DNA of 63,077 bases, filler included, from Octopus bimaculoides (taxonomy: Eukaryota): NCBI RefSeq assembly GCF_001194135.2. It is 3 parts of 3 records of this genome, joined end to end, with 100 filler letters (N's around TTAATTAATTAA, not from the genome) between each part and the next. Parts side by side here need not be neighbours in the genome. Positions count along the whole stretch, not along the records: positions 1 to 24,071 come from NC_068999.1; 2 more parts are not named here. One strand, given 5' to 3'. The notes beneath the pieces are model-generated. The model had not been told where the DNA came from. It did not search any database and saw only the letters and a program-made list of their open reading frames with translations. This document shows positions 10,998 to 23,670 of this stretch, piece after piece. The number at the start of each line of letters is the position of its first letter. The stretch's first letter is position 1. A program made the translations under genes and the position numbers.

Positions 10998-13204
10998 CAC
11001 TGGTCAACAAATATTTTTCAAGCATGTGTCAAGGTGATGCTGATTTCAAATATAGTTTTTTGACATCACGTACAGTTTTCAAGATGAGAAAGTTTTTTGG
11101 TTTTAGCTCATGTATTATATAGAAATTCCAATTAATGACATGTATGCATGTATTTCATTTACATCATAGAAACATGCCTTTAAAATAAATTACATTATTC
11201 TTATTCATTGCTACATAGTTCAGATGCAATATTTTATCATTTTAAATTAACCAATCAAGTTTTGTCTGATGAAATAGGTATTTCAACATCTCAAATTCAA
11301 TATAACCTTTTGTATCTATTTCCTTACTTGTTTTACAGTGTCAACAATGTCAAGGCAGTGTAGAAATCGTCCTGATGTGTTATGTCTGTGGACAATTTAT
11401 TGTGAAAGCTCAAAAACGTACAATAACACCAGAGATCAAGAAGATTTATAAGCTATACTTTGACTGTCCTCTTGGAGATCAGGACAAGTTATGGGCACCA
11501 CATTTTATCTGCTCAGCTTGCTCAAATGCCTTATGTGACTGGTTCAATAAGAAGTCCATGCCTTTTGCTATTCCAATGATATGGAGGGAGCTGAAAGACT
11601 ATTTTAATGACTGTTATTTTTGCAAAGTAAATGTCACAGGATTTTCTATGAAGAATAAACACAAAATTGTGTATCCCAATTTAGATTCTGCAATGAGACC
11701 TGTGCTTCACAATGGTAGTCTGCCAATTCCAGTTCCACCAGAGGATGGTATTGAAACATCAGATGATGATGCTGATTGTCACAATAGTGCTGCTGAGAAA
11801 GATTACGTGGCTGATGACAATAGCTGCGAACCTCAGAAATTTTCCCAAGCTGAACTGAATGACCTTGTCAGAGACCTATCTCTCTCAAAAGATAGAGCAG
11901 AACTGTTGGCATCAAGACTGAAGGAGAAGTATCTGCTAGAGCACGGTGTTCATATAACTTATTTTTGGCAGAGGAATGTGGCTCTACAAACATGTTTTTC
12001 CGATGAAGGCCCACTTTACTTTTGCAGTAACATCAGTGGGCTTTTCAAATGTTTATCACAAAATCAGGATCCTGCAGAGTGGTGTTTGTTTATTGGCTCT
12101 TCAGAACAAAGTTTAAAAGCCGTACTTCTCCATAATGGTAATTTGAAGTCCTCCATTCCTATTGCACACTCCATTCATTTTCGTGAATCATATGAGAATA
12201 TGGAACTTCATGCCATTGCCTATGAAAGATACAAAAAATATATGGAGATTTATAAGTCATTGGAATGTTAATGGAAATGCCGCCAGGTTTCACAAAATAC
12301 TGTTGTTTCTTGTGTCTATGGGATAGTCGGGCAACTGACAGGCATTATTCGGAATCAAACTGGCAGACAAAAGCATCATACCAGCCAGGACTGTCTAGCA
12401 TCAAGAATACACCTCTTGTAGGCCCATGTAATGTTTTATTGCCTCCTTTGCACATAAAGCCTGGACTGATGAAACAGCTTGTAAAGACACAAGGGAAAAG
12501 AAATGCCAGAGGGTTTGAGTATATTGTAGAAAAGTTTCCCAAAATCACACAGTTGAAAGAGAGTGTCTTTGTTGGACCCCAAATGTCAACTTCAAGATGT
12601 CAACTTTAAGACAACACTGGATGAACTGGAACTGCCTGCCTTGAATGCTTTCAGTTGGATCTGTGAGAATTTCTTGGGCAACAAGAAGGCAATGAACTAC
12701 AAGGATGGCATCAAGAATCTTCTGAAATGCTACTCAGCCATGGGTTGTCACATGTCACTGAAGGCTCACTTCTTGGACTCCCATCTGGATTTCTTCACAG
12801 ATAACCTTGGAGCAGTGTCTCATGACAGTATGCTAGCTGACTACTGCTGGACACTTTACCATGATCAACCAGAGCAGGAACACTGCAGGAAATCCAAATC
12901 ACAATGTTTCTAACTCTGTTGTTCTAACTTTGTCTGTTTTGTCTGACCCATTTTTTTGTGTATTCTCTCTTTGTAGAAATTATAGTGATGATTTTTAACT
13001 CAATAAACTCAGTTACTTTCTAAAAATAATATGTCCTTATTTATTGCATTAATGGTATTATATATATTTGCATGTATCTACTGAAAAACTGATACATGCT
13101 GCATACAAATGGAGTGAAATTTTGAAATCAGCATGAAAAATTAGTCTAGAAAAGTTGGTTTGCATTCATAATGAGTATAATATATTTAATTTTGTTTACC
13201 AGTG
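10998..13204 (+). mobile_element. Chapaev3-type (CMC superfamily) DNA transposon with both TIRs; transposase pseudogene about 11347-12913
   Basis: Termini tta|CACTGGTCAACAAA and TTTGTTTACCAGTG|t (13/14 inverted match), plus subterminal gctgatttcaaa/tttgaaatcagc. Protein motifs CYVCG, LGDQDKLWAPHFIC, DCYFC, LKAVLLHNGN, GDL(*), TKYCCFLCLWDSR, LLPPLHIK, MSLKAHFLDSHLDFF and MLADYCW. Confidence 0.85.
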
Positions 13205-15426
13205 TNNNNNNNNNNNNNNNNNNNNNNNNNNNNNNNNNNNNNNNNNNNNNNNNNNNNNNNNNNNNNNNNNNNNNNNNNNNNNNNNNNNNNNNNNNNNNNN
13301 NNNNNNNNNNNNNNNNNNNNNNNNNNNNNNNNNNNNNNNNNNNNNNNNNNNNNNNNNNNNNNNNNNNNNNNNNNNNNNNNNNNNNNNNNNNNNNNNNNNN
13401 NNNNNNNNNNNNNNNNNNNNNNNNNNNNNNNNNNNNNNNNNNNNNNNNNNNNNNNNNNNNNNNNNNNNNNNNNNNNNNNNNNNNNNNNNNNNNNNNNNNN
13501 NNNNNNNNNNNNNNNNNNNNNNNNNNNNNNNNNNNNNNNNNNNNNNNNNNNNNNNNNNNNNNNNNNNNNNNNNNNNNNNNNNNNNNNNNNNNNNNNNNNN
13601 NNNNNNNNNNNNNNNNNNNNNNNNNNNNNNNNNNNNNNNNNNNNNNNNNNNNNNNNNNNNNNNNNNNNNNNNNNNNNNNNNNNNNNNNNNNNNNNNNNNN
13701 NNNNNNNNNNNNNNNNNNNNNNNNNNNNNNNNNNNNNNNNNNNNNNNNNNNNNNNNNNNNNNNNNNNNNNNNNNNNNNNNNNNNNNNNNNNNNNNNNNNN
13801 NNNNNNNNNNNNNNNNNNNNNNNNNNNNNNNNNNNNNNNNNNNNNNNNNNNNNNNNNNNNNNNNNNNNNNNNNNNNNNNNNNNNCATCAGCTTGGATGAC
13901 ACTTTACTCAACCGACAGAGGAAGGTGACCAATCAAACTAATTATGTAAACAGAATTCTGACTGGTCAAAAGTGTCTTCTTGTCTCAAGCTCTGATTTTC
14001 TGCCTATTCTTGTCGGAACCTTTGATATGGAGTATCAAACTTTTAATACTTTTTGCACTCATAAAGTGTGAACCAAACTTTAAAATTTGTCATTACCGTT
14101 TTAGCTAAAATAACCCGCTAAAATAAACATTAAAAATCAAAAGGAGAAAATAAAACAGCTTTACAAGTTTAACTCAGTGTTTATTGAACAGGAGAGGTGT
14201 GAAATTTAAGAAGCGATTTGTTAGAATATATATGAATAAACAAGAATTGCAAAAACCTACTATACCAAAAGAACTGATACATTGCAAGTATTCTATGAAG
14301 AGAACACAAGATTACTGCATAATTCAACATGAATGTGAAACAACATTAAACATTGTATAAGGTAAATGAAGGTTTCTGTAGGAACGCTAAGTCATATTCA
14401 CTTAGTGAGTTTACATGCACAAGGATGAATTATGATGTTATCGATGTTAGATGCAGTAGGAGCTGGTAGCTGTGATGAATTTCATTGTCCTAATGCGGAG
14501 AAAGCAAGCAATAGCTTCCTGGAGGCAAATGCAAGCTAGACTTCTTAAGCAAAGGAAAACTGATCTATTTAAGGAAATTGCTAGGCTCCATTGCGATAGG
14601 TAGAAACTCTCAGCAATGAAAAATATGGCCCAGACCATGATTACCAGCATGAACATCAAACTTCAAAAAGTAGTTAACCATTTTATGATTTTAATAAATT
14701 TATATAGAAAAAGTAAGCATTATACCGTCCAGCATAAATAAAAGTCAACTTCATTATATTTTTTCTGTAAAAACTATTCTGACATTAAATGAGTCAACTT
14801 CCTGTATGAATGTTTACATTTGTACACCATTTTTCAACCAAAAAAATTTCTTAAAAAATTCTGGAAACGATCTACTCATGTAATTTTTGCACCCACTAAA
14901 ATCTTTTTTTTTTTTTGCAAAAAAAAAGTGCATAAATTACATGGGATTTCACGGTAATTCTTATTACAGCTATTCATACTTTCACCAATTTTGCTTTGTT
15001 GCTGTTTAACCCAGGTCAACTCTAATGCTGCAAACATATGACTAAAGGCATTCTAACCATGACTATCGTGTCTTTTTAGGGGTATATAGGACTACAGTAT
15101 TTAATATTTCTTTTCCATTTTTTTAAGGATGTAATTTGAAGGAAATTTGGCTACTATTTCTAACAAGGAGGATGACCACACATATAGGCCTCCTAATTGA
15201 CTTTTACTTTGCTTTGTTATTGAAAATTGTAGATATTAAGTATTAGATTGAAATAAATTGGGAAGTATCTATAGATACTATGGCAAAACGGGTATGACAC
15301 CAATGATAAGGACATTTTTCATGTACTAAGATGAAAAATTGTTTCAAAAGTTTAGTTATTAAGGATTTATTGAAGTTAATTGAAAAGAAATATGGCACCC
15401 ACATTTTAACTCATTTTATACTTCAG

Positions 15427-15575
15427 ATGAACCTGAAAAGAAAGATAGTAGCATTGATCCTGAAACTAAAGGAAAGAAAGTTAAAGGAGTTGGTTTTGGA
15501 AATATATTTGGTAGTGGTCCAATCAAGTTACGACCCTCATCAGGTGTATGGAAAGGTGAGACTGAAGAAAGCAAG
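15427..15575 (+). CDS. SH3KBP1: Internal exon of CIN85/CD2AP-family adaptor: SH3B-SH3C linker
   Basis: cttcag|AT GAA...AAG|gtaaat. Phase 1 start joins the previous exon (G|AT = Asp). Translates DEPEKKDSSIDPETKGKKVKGVGFGNIFGSGPIKLRPSSGVWKGETEESK, matching the recalled CIN85 motif KKVKGVGFGDIF...PIKLRP. Confidence 0.92.
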
Positions 15576-16144
15576 GTAAATACATTTTTATTTAGGGCGT
15601 TTTTTTTTATTTTGGTAGTGGGGTTATGTTTTTTTTTTCACATAAATTTACATTCACAATATTTAAACATTATTTGGTTGCTATTTAAGATTTATCACAA
15701 TATTAAACTTCCAAAATCTAAGGAAACTGATGGACTACTTACAATCAAAGAAAACAACTCTATCTCTGGGAAGAACAGGACCAAAGCCCTAAAAAACGAC
15801 CTCCATACTGTTTGAAGGCAATGTTTTTGTATTTTAACACTAAAGGAAGTAACTGAGTGGGTCATTGTGATAGTGTCAGCATTTCACTGCTACCATGACA
15901 ACCAATGTTTTTTTTTTTCTTTAAATATAAGTTTGAATGCTGAGTCAACAGAGAAGAGTTACAACTAGATGAATTCTCCAGGCAGTTTAAATGCACAAGT
16001 TTTCAACACAAAGAGTGTCAGCAGAAGGGAATCCAGGAGTTATAACCTGGATGTGTGATAAGTTAAAGGCCATAGCACTTGCCTGAGGTGGGGGTTTCTT
16101 CTCTGAAGAGCTTCTACTGTTCGGCTTTCTTGAGAGTTTCTTAC

Positions 16145-16194
<50 letters not shown>

Positions 16195-16229
16195 ATACAT
16201 TCTGTATGTATATATATGTATTTACAGTG

Positions 16230-16440
16230 AGGACACATGACCTAGCAGTTAGGGTCTTGTACACATGATGGCAAGATCGTCATTTCAATTCCTGGACCAG
16301 GTGGTGTGTTGTGTCCTTGAGCAGAATAGTTCATCTTACATTGCTCTGTGATTACTTTGACGCCTGATGTATGGTACACCATGCACCTTCTCAGGCAATG
16401 TCAGTTTGATGGAGGAAGTTAGCTAATGTACGACACATAC
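16230..16440 (+). mobile_element. tRNA-derived SINE (gtgtccttgagca-type body); second copy at about 26910-27130
   Basis: Shared ttcaattcc...tccttgagca...tttgatggaggaagt...tttgatca blocks between the two copies. Confidence 0.6.
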
Positions 16441-16444
16441 ATTT

Positions 16445-18590
16445 GATCATCATCATCATCGTTTAACGTCCATTTTCCATGCTGACTTGGATTGGACAGT
16501 TTGACTGAGGTCTGGAGAGCCAACAGTTGCACTGGGCTCCAATCTGATCTGGCAATGTTTCTACAGCTGGATGCCCTTCCTGATGCCAAACACTCCGAGA
16601 GTGTAATGGATGTTTTTTACATGCAACTGGCACAGGAGCCAGTCAGTCAGGGGCTACTGGCATCAGTCATGATCAGTTGGTGCTTTTTATATGCCACCAG
16701 CATGGGAAGCAGTCAGGTGGACCTGGCATCGACTACATTCAGATGGTGCTTTTTACGTGCCACCAGCATGGTAGCCGGCCAGGGGCACTGGCCCCAGCTA
16801 TGATATTGGTTTTACTTGACTCAACAGGTCTTCTCAATTGTATCATATCACCCGATGCATCAGGGTATTCTTAACAGGGTCAGACATGCGTGGCTGCAAT
16901 CTCACTTTAGTTGCTGGGTCTTCTCAATCACAGCATATCTCCAAAGGTCCCGGCCTCCTGTCATTGCCTCTGTGAGGCCCAATATTCGAAGGTCATGCTT
17001 CATCACCTCATCCCATGTCTTCCTGGGTCTACCTCTTCCACAGGTTCCTTCTACAGTTAGGGAGTGGCACTTCCTCACACAGCTGTCTTCATTCATACAT
17101 AACACATAGCCATGCCAGCGTAGTCGCCTCTCTTGCACACCATATTTGATGCTTCTTATGCCCAACTTTTCTCTCAGGGCGCTTACACTCTGTTGTGTAT
17201 GTACACTGATATTACACATCCAGTGGATCATACTAGCTCCATTTTTTTCAAGCCTACACATGTCCTCAGCATTCATATCCCATGTTTCACTGCTGCGTAG
17301 CATGTCATTTCACACACATGCATCATACAGTCTACCTTTCATCCTGAGCAAGAGCCCCTTAGTTGCCAGTAGAGGTAGGAGCTCCCTGAATTTTTCCCAG
17401 GCTATTCTTACTGTAGTCACTACACTCTCAGAGCAACCCCCCCCTCTACAAACTTGGTCACCTAGTTTCTCCCTCCAGCATGTGATGGAATCAGTTTTCT
17501 GTACATCTTCAGTGTTTATTGCCCTTGTGCAGCTGCCACACTCAAAAACTATTTTCTCGGTTAACCTTCTTTGATATTGCTGCACCTTTTATGTGACCAT
17601 AGCTTACACCAGGTACATCGTATGGAGTTTCTACCCACACCTTTTCTACAGATCGAGCAGGGCTATCTACCTAAAGGGGGTTGTGATTTGACAGCCTTCC
17701 TACTTACTAAGACTTTGGTTTTTGCTAGATAAACCCTAAGGCCCTATGATTCTAGACCTTGCTGCCACACCCTAAACTTTGTCCCTAGAACATGGTGATC
17801 GGCATAGATGAACTCCCAGGGGCAGCCTGTCTTGAATTCCTCTGTTATTGCTTGCTGGACTATAATGAATAAGAGGGGGCTGAGGACTGATCCTTGGTGA
17901 ACCCCTACTTCTACTTGGAATTCTTCACTGTACTAGTTGCCAACCCTCACCTTACTGACGGCATCCTGTGCAGGGACCTCAGTCAAACCGTCCAGCCCAT
18001 GCCAGCCACGCATCTATCACCAGTTTCCGCATTAACCACCAGATGAAGGATCGGGGGACCCTGTCAAATGCTTTCTCCAAGTCAACAAAAGCCAAGTACA
18101 AAAGTTTATCTTTGGCTAGGTATTTCTCCTACAGTTGCCTCACCAGAAATATAGCATCAGTGCTGCCTGGCACAAAACCGAACTGCATCTCATCTAGGCT
18201 AACTCTCTGTAGCTCTCTGTAACTTTCATCACTTGATCCAATAATTTGATGCCGCTATAGTTATTTCTCTCTAAAGCATCACTTTTCCCCTTGTATCAGT
18301 TGACTATGGTGCTGCTAGACCAGTCGTTGGGTATGACTCTTTCATGAGCTGCCTGATTTACGATGCAGGTGACAAGACCATAACCCACACCGGCCTATAT
18401 TTTAAGCATCCCAGCAGTGATTCCTGATGGACCAGGTGCTTTTCCTGTCTTCATATTTTTAATTGCTTTATCGACCTGGGCACTGTCGATTTGGATAGCT
18501 GATCCCTCAATTGGGTCAACCTCTGACAGACTTTCTTCCTCCTATTCATTTTCCACATTCAGCAGCCTTTCATAATGGCTTAAACAAATC
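16445..18590 (-). mobile_element. RTE LINE, 5'-truncated (about 2.1 kb), with RT remnant, ORF end and complete 3' UTR
   Basis: ORFs 17310-17585 and 16902-17303 (RLRWHGYV...GRGRPRKTWDEV...LWRYAVIEKT). 3' UTR has three tandem gtaaaaagcacc units and a (GAT)n tail at about 16445. Confidence 0.9.
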
Positions 18591-18690
18591 ATTTGTGCAG
18601 GTTGTTTGACAAAAGCTGAATGCTCATACATCATCTTTTATGAGAGAGTCCATCATATGTGTGTGTGTGTATGTGTAATATATATATATA

Positions 18691-18726
<36 letters not shown>

Positions 18727-18963
18727 CAAGGTTGGCCAAAAGTCACCTGACAGTAAATCAAAACCATTTAATTACAAGATTAAAACCAAAAGTTATTTTA
18801 TATGAGACTTCACTAATAAATAGACAAATGTTGAAAAAAAAACAGTGATTTTACTCACAGCATTCAGTTATGAAACATTCATAATTAGAATGAATAAATA
18901 AAATTGAATATTAAGTACTTGTGAATTTTTGATTTACTGTCAGGTGACTTTTGGCCAACCATT
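18727..18963. mobile_element. Tc1/mariner-type MITE
   Basis: About 35-bp TIRs ggttggccaaaagtcacctgacagtaaatcaaaa and ttttgatttactgtcaggtgacttttggccaacc, flanked by TA. Confidence 0.85.
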
Positions 18964-19263
18964 TATATATCTTGTGTGAGTGTGATGTTTGCATGTATTT
19001 GTGTTTATATGTATGTAACTACATGTGCATGTGCATGCACACACATAATTGAATGTTTTTGTTTTGTTTTGATTTTTTAAGTTACTTAAAAATAGCATAC
19101 TGAGGAAGCTGACCTGCCTAAATTGTGAATCAAAATACTTTTGATTCCAGTAAACAATGTGTTTTGCATGCTAATATGAGATGTCTAACCGGTGAGATAT
19201 TTATTACCAGAAAGAACAGGTGTAACTTTAATTATGAATACTGATTGATCAAGATGTTTTTGA

Positions 19264-19725
19264 ATTTGTTTTGCAAGATTCCTGATGTGGAATCATGTGT
19301 TGAAACAGATATTGTTATATTTTGGGGTGGTCATTTTTTTTTTTTTTGCCAAATAAACACACACACTATATATACGTTCTTCACTCATGTATTTATTGTT
19401 CTTATTTTATCTTATGTACATTGTCTGGAAATCTTTCGTCACATTTCTTCAGCAACTCTTCCGTCCCACATGTATCCTCTTGTTCTGTTTAATCCATTCT
19501 GTCTTTCTATATTTCTATATAGAAAGGCAAAATGGACTAAACAGAACAGGAGGATACATGGGATGGAAGAGTTGTTAAAGAGATTACAGGTGTGTGATGA
19601 AAGAATTCCAGACAATGGACATAAGATAAAATAAGAACAATAATAAACGAGTGACAAACAAATATGTAGTGCGTGTGTTTATTTGGCAAGAAAAGAAATG
19701 ACCATCCTGAAATACAACACAATAA
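19264..19725. mobile_element. Foldback (palindromic) repeat element, copy 1 of a family also at 62442-62970
   Basis: About 200-bp inverted arms (19310-19510 vs 19520-19720). Left terminus atttgttttgcaagattcctga is the reverse complement of the right terminus of the 62442-62970 copy. Confidence 0.85.
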
Positions 19726-20201
19726 TTGATTAAGAGTTCAGTAGTAATTATTGTTACAAACTTAGAATATATGAAGGAGAGATAACCAAATGGATAAGAT
19801 ATTGGACAACATGGTCTTTGGTTTACTGACATTTAATTGCATTTTTACTCAACACTTTACTCATTACACTGTCACAAATAGGCTCTGGATCATCCAGGAC
19901 TGTTTACTGTGATATACAATATTCTGCTCAGGAAAAATTTATTTCTCATTTACTTCACATAAATGAAACTAAGCATCAGCCCTGTGAAAAGCTTGTTTTA
20001 CATAGCTCTGATTATAATGCAGAACAATCAGATACTAATAAACACAAAAATAACTTGTGGGAGAATATCTTACCAATTAAATTTGTTGTAAGTGTAAATT
20101 ACATATTCTTATGGAATTTAAATAGCTGTGTGCATGTGTGTGCACATATTTATGGACACATCCATACATATATATTCATACATCTCTCTCTCTCTCTCTC
20201 T

Positions 20202-20265
<64 letters not shown>

Positions 20266-20270
<5 letters not shown>

Positions 20271-21410
20271 AAGCTTTGCAAAAGTCCTGTTACACTCATT
20301 GCTACATTCTCAACAAAGGACACAACAATAGTTTTGATGGAGTTAGACACATTTTTATTGATTTAACATACAACTATGTGTTTAAATATTAACATTAATC
20401 AATGTAGTTGCCCTCAGCGGCAAGCATGTGCTTGAGGCAAAACCTGAAAGCCACGCACACATGGACGAAGTCCTTCCTCATGTTGTGGTGAACCTTGCAG
20501 ATCTTGCCCTCGACATGCACCCACACGTATAGTTGAGGTTGGATGACTGCAGCAGCCAAAAGTCCTTCCACCAGAAGTTCATGTTCAACCCCAGCCACTC
20601 TGGCACAGCCTTTGCCATGTGGGCTAGGTCACTGTCCTGCTGAAAGATGTAGTCCACCTTCTTCATGATCTTTCTCACCTAGGGCAGGACTTTTGTGGCC
20701 AAGATATCTCTGTAATCACCCACTGCGAGCCCGTAAATTGCCATGAATCACACATGCACCATCTTCTCACTATTTGAAGCCACAATGCTGAGCATTATCA
20801 CAGAGGCTGGGTACTTGGTTGTGCATACATGGCGGACCTCAGAGACGTCCTGGTCGAAGCTGACCACATAGTTGTTCTGCTTGTTGACGACCAGATCAAC
20901 TGTGAAGGTTTCTTCATAGAAAAAGAGAATTTAATTGTAATGATACTTCAAGATGTTGAGAAGACAACGACAGCACTCCCAACATTGTTCTCATTTATTG
21001 TTGGTGAGCAGAGGCCTTTCCACGCACCTCAGGCTTTTGACGGCCCTGGACACCATGGCCACTGAGTTGTTGTTGTTCTTTGCGGGCGCAGTCATTTTGA
21101 TCTTTGGACCACTTTTGAAGGCCTTTCTCACAGCTAAACAGTTGACAACTTGAGGCCTGACAACTTGAGGTCAATCTTTGAGGTTTTTCCCATTCTTGAG
21201 CCTCTTCGCAGCTCTGTGGACTGTCATCTGGTTGACGTTAAGCCACTTGGCAATGTCAGACTTGTTGTGGCCAGTGCACAGGAGAGCAGAGATCTCAGTT
21301 CTTTTCATTTCCATCTTGATACATCTGCACACAGCACTTTTTTTATCACACACGTTAACTTCTCGAATGATCAAAACTGAGTGTAACGGGATTTTTACAA
21401 AGCCTGGTAT
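20266..21410 (-). mobile_element. Tc1/mariner (maT/DD37D-like) element, TIR-bounded, degenerate
   Basis: TIRs ccaagctttgcaaaagtcctgttacactca and tgagtgtaacgggatttttacaaagcctgg. HTH-like MKRTEISALLCTGHNKSDIAKWLNVNQMTVHR; DDE region YIFQQDSDLAHMAKAV. Confidence 0.8.
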
Positions 21411-21425
21411 ATATATATATATAAT

Positions 21426-22302
21426 GTGGTCTGGTCAATAAGTATCCAGACTGTTGCTACAGTAACGAAGCTAAAGCATACTGAGTGAAGCCACTTAGCA
21501 AAGATTGACCTTGAATTCTGCTGTGCATGCACACTAAGTTTTAACATTCTAGCTTACTTCTGTTGTTTACAGCAGTGCTTGGGAGGAAGGTGTATAGCGT
21601 GTGATCATCACATTGACCATGACAGAGAAAGTTGTCATGATTATAACTTCTCAGAGGCTTACGCAAAGTTGCAGAAAGTGTATGGAGAAAAGTGTATGAG
21701 CCACACTCAAGTGTACATGTAGTTCAGACATTTCCAAGATGGCCGAAAAACATCAGTATTGACAAATGTTCTGGGAGACCTGAAACCAGCAGAACTGAGA
21801 AAAACATCACAGATGTGCATGCAACTGTGAGGGGTAATCTTCAAATCACCATCTGCGAGTTATTAGAGGATGTGCAGATTAGTTACGGCTCAGTTCAGTC
21901 CATTATCACTAAAAATTTGGGTATGAGACACTAGTCTGCCATGTTTGTGCCGAAACTGCTTTCAGCTGACCAAAAAGACACTTGGGTTTCAGTTGCACAA
22001 GATCTCCTTGATTGTGTCGAGAATGAAAACTAATTGAAAACTTTGCATAGGCTTATGAGCAGGTATTGCCTTGCTTTTGGCAAAATTTGATGCAGATTAA
22101 CTTTCTCTGACATGGTCAATGCAATGATCATACACTACACACATTCCTTCCAAGCACTGCTGTAAAAAGCAGATGTGAGCTAGAACATTTAAACTGCACA
22201 TGCACAGTAGAGTTCAAGGTCAATCTTTGCCAATTGGTTTCACTCTGTGTACTTCAGCTTCATTACTATGGCAACTGTCTGGACACTTTTTGATCAGATC
22301 AT
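21426..22302 (+). mobile_element. Internally deleted mariner (DD34D-like) with long (about 190-bp) inverted termini; partial 5' copy at 24805-25095
   Basis: tggtctggtcaataagtatccagac...gtctggacactttttgatcagatca. Remnant transposase SEAYAKLQKVYGEKC...SGRPETSRTEKNI...SYGSVQSIITKNLGMR...FVPKLLS. Confidence 0.8.
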
Positions 22303-23613
22303 GTGTATGTATATANNNNNNNNNNNNNNNNNNNNNNNNNNNNNNNNNNNNNNNNNNNNNNNNNNNNNNNNNNNNNNNNNNNNNNNNNNNNNNNNNNNNN
22401 NNNNNNNNNNNNNNNNNNNNNNNNNNNNNNNNNNNNNNNNNNNNNNNNNNNNNNNNNNNNNNNNNNNNNNNNNNNNNNNNNNNNNNNNNNNNNNNNNNNN
22501 NNNNNNNNNNNNNNNNNNNNNNNNNNNNNNNNNNNNNNNNNNNNNNNNNNNNNNNNNNNNNNNNNNNNNNNNNNNNNNNNNNNNNNNNNNNNNNNNNNNN
22601 NNNNNNNNNNNNNNNNNNNNNNNNNNNNNNNNNNNNNNNNNNNNNNNNNNNNNNNNNNNNNNNNNNNNNNNNNNNNNNNNNNNNNNNNNNNNNNNNNNNN
22701 NNNNNNNNNNNNNNNNNNNNNNNNNNNNNNNNNNNNNNNNNNNNNNNNNNNNNNNNNNNNNNNNNNNNNNNNNNNNNNNNNNNNNNNNNNNNNNNNNNNN
22801 NNNNNNNNNNNNNNNNNNNNNNNNNNNNNNNNNNNNNNNNNNNNNNNNNNNNNNNNNNNNNNNNNNNNNNNNNNNNNNNNNNNNNNNNNNNNNNNNNNNN
22901 NNNNNNNNNNNNNNNNNNNNNNNNNNNNNNNNNNNNNNNNNNNNNNNNNNNNNNNNNNNNNNNNNNNNNNNNNNNNNNNNNNNNNNNNNNNNNNNNNNNN
23001 NNNNNNNNNNNNNNNNNNNNNNNNNNNNNNNNNNNNNNNNNNNNNNNNNNNNNNNNNNNNNNNNNNNNNNNNNNNNNNNNNNNNNNNNNNNNNNNNNNNN
23101 NNNNNNNNNNNNNNNNNNNNNNNNNNNNNNNNNNNNNNNNNNNNNNNNNNNNNNNNNNNNNNNNNNNNNNNNNNNNNNNNNNNNNNNNNNNNNNNNNNNN
23201 NNNNNNNNNNNNNNNNNNNNNNNNNNNNNNNNNNNNNNNNNNNNNNNNNNNNNNNNNNNNNNNNNNNNNNNNNNNNNNNNNNNNNNNNNNNNNNNNNNNN
23301 NNNNNNNNNNNNNNNAGTTCTAATATTATGTTGAAAGGAAACTATAACTCCTAAATAATTTAGTGTTAAATAAGTTATCTATTAAAAATAATCTATAAAG
23401 AACCAAATGAATAATATAAAAAACAAGAATACATATTATTTTCAAATAGTAGAAAATCTTTAGCAAAGTAAAAAACAGTACCTATCCATATTTTTCCGTA
23501 ATTCAAACTGAAAACTAAGACGTTATCTAATAGCTATAGCGTTTTAAGCAAGAGGTCGCGCGAAAATACTACGTTAAAATAGAGAATAGAATATGAAAAC
23601 ATGAATGAAATAA

Positions 23614-23639
23614 TCTATATATATAAAAATGAGAATGTG

Positions 23640-23670
<31 letters not shown>

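Noticed and set aside
13155-14071. Long ORFs made mostly of X (also at 22200, 36561, 49277, 56192, 61691 and elsewhere)
   Set aside because: They are translations of N-gaps, not coding sequence.
14080-14960. Possible TIR element ending gggatttcacggta
   Set aside because: No matching left terminus or recognisable transposase frame could be established.
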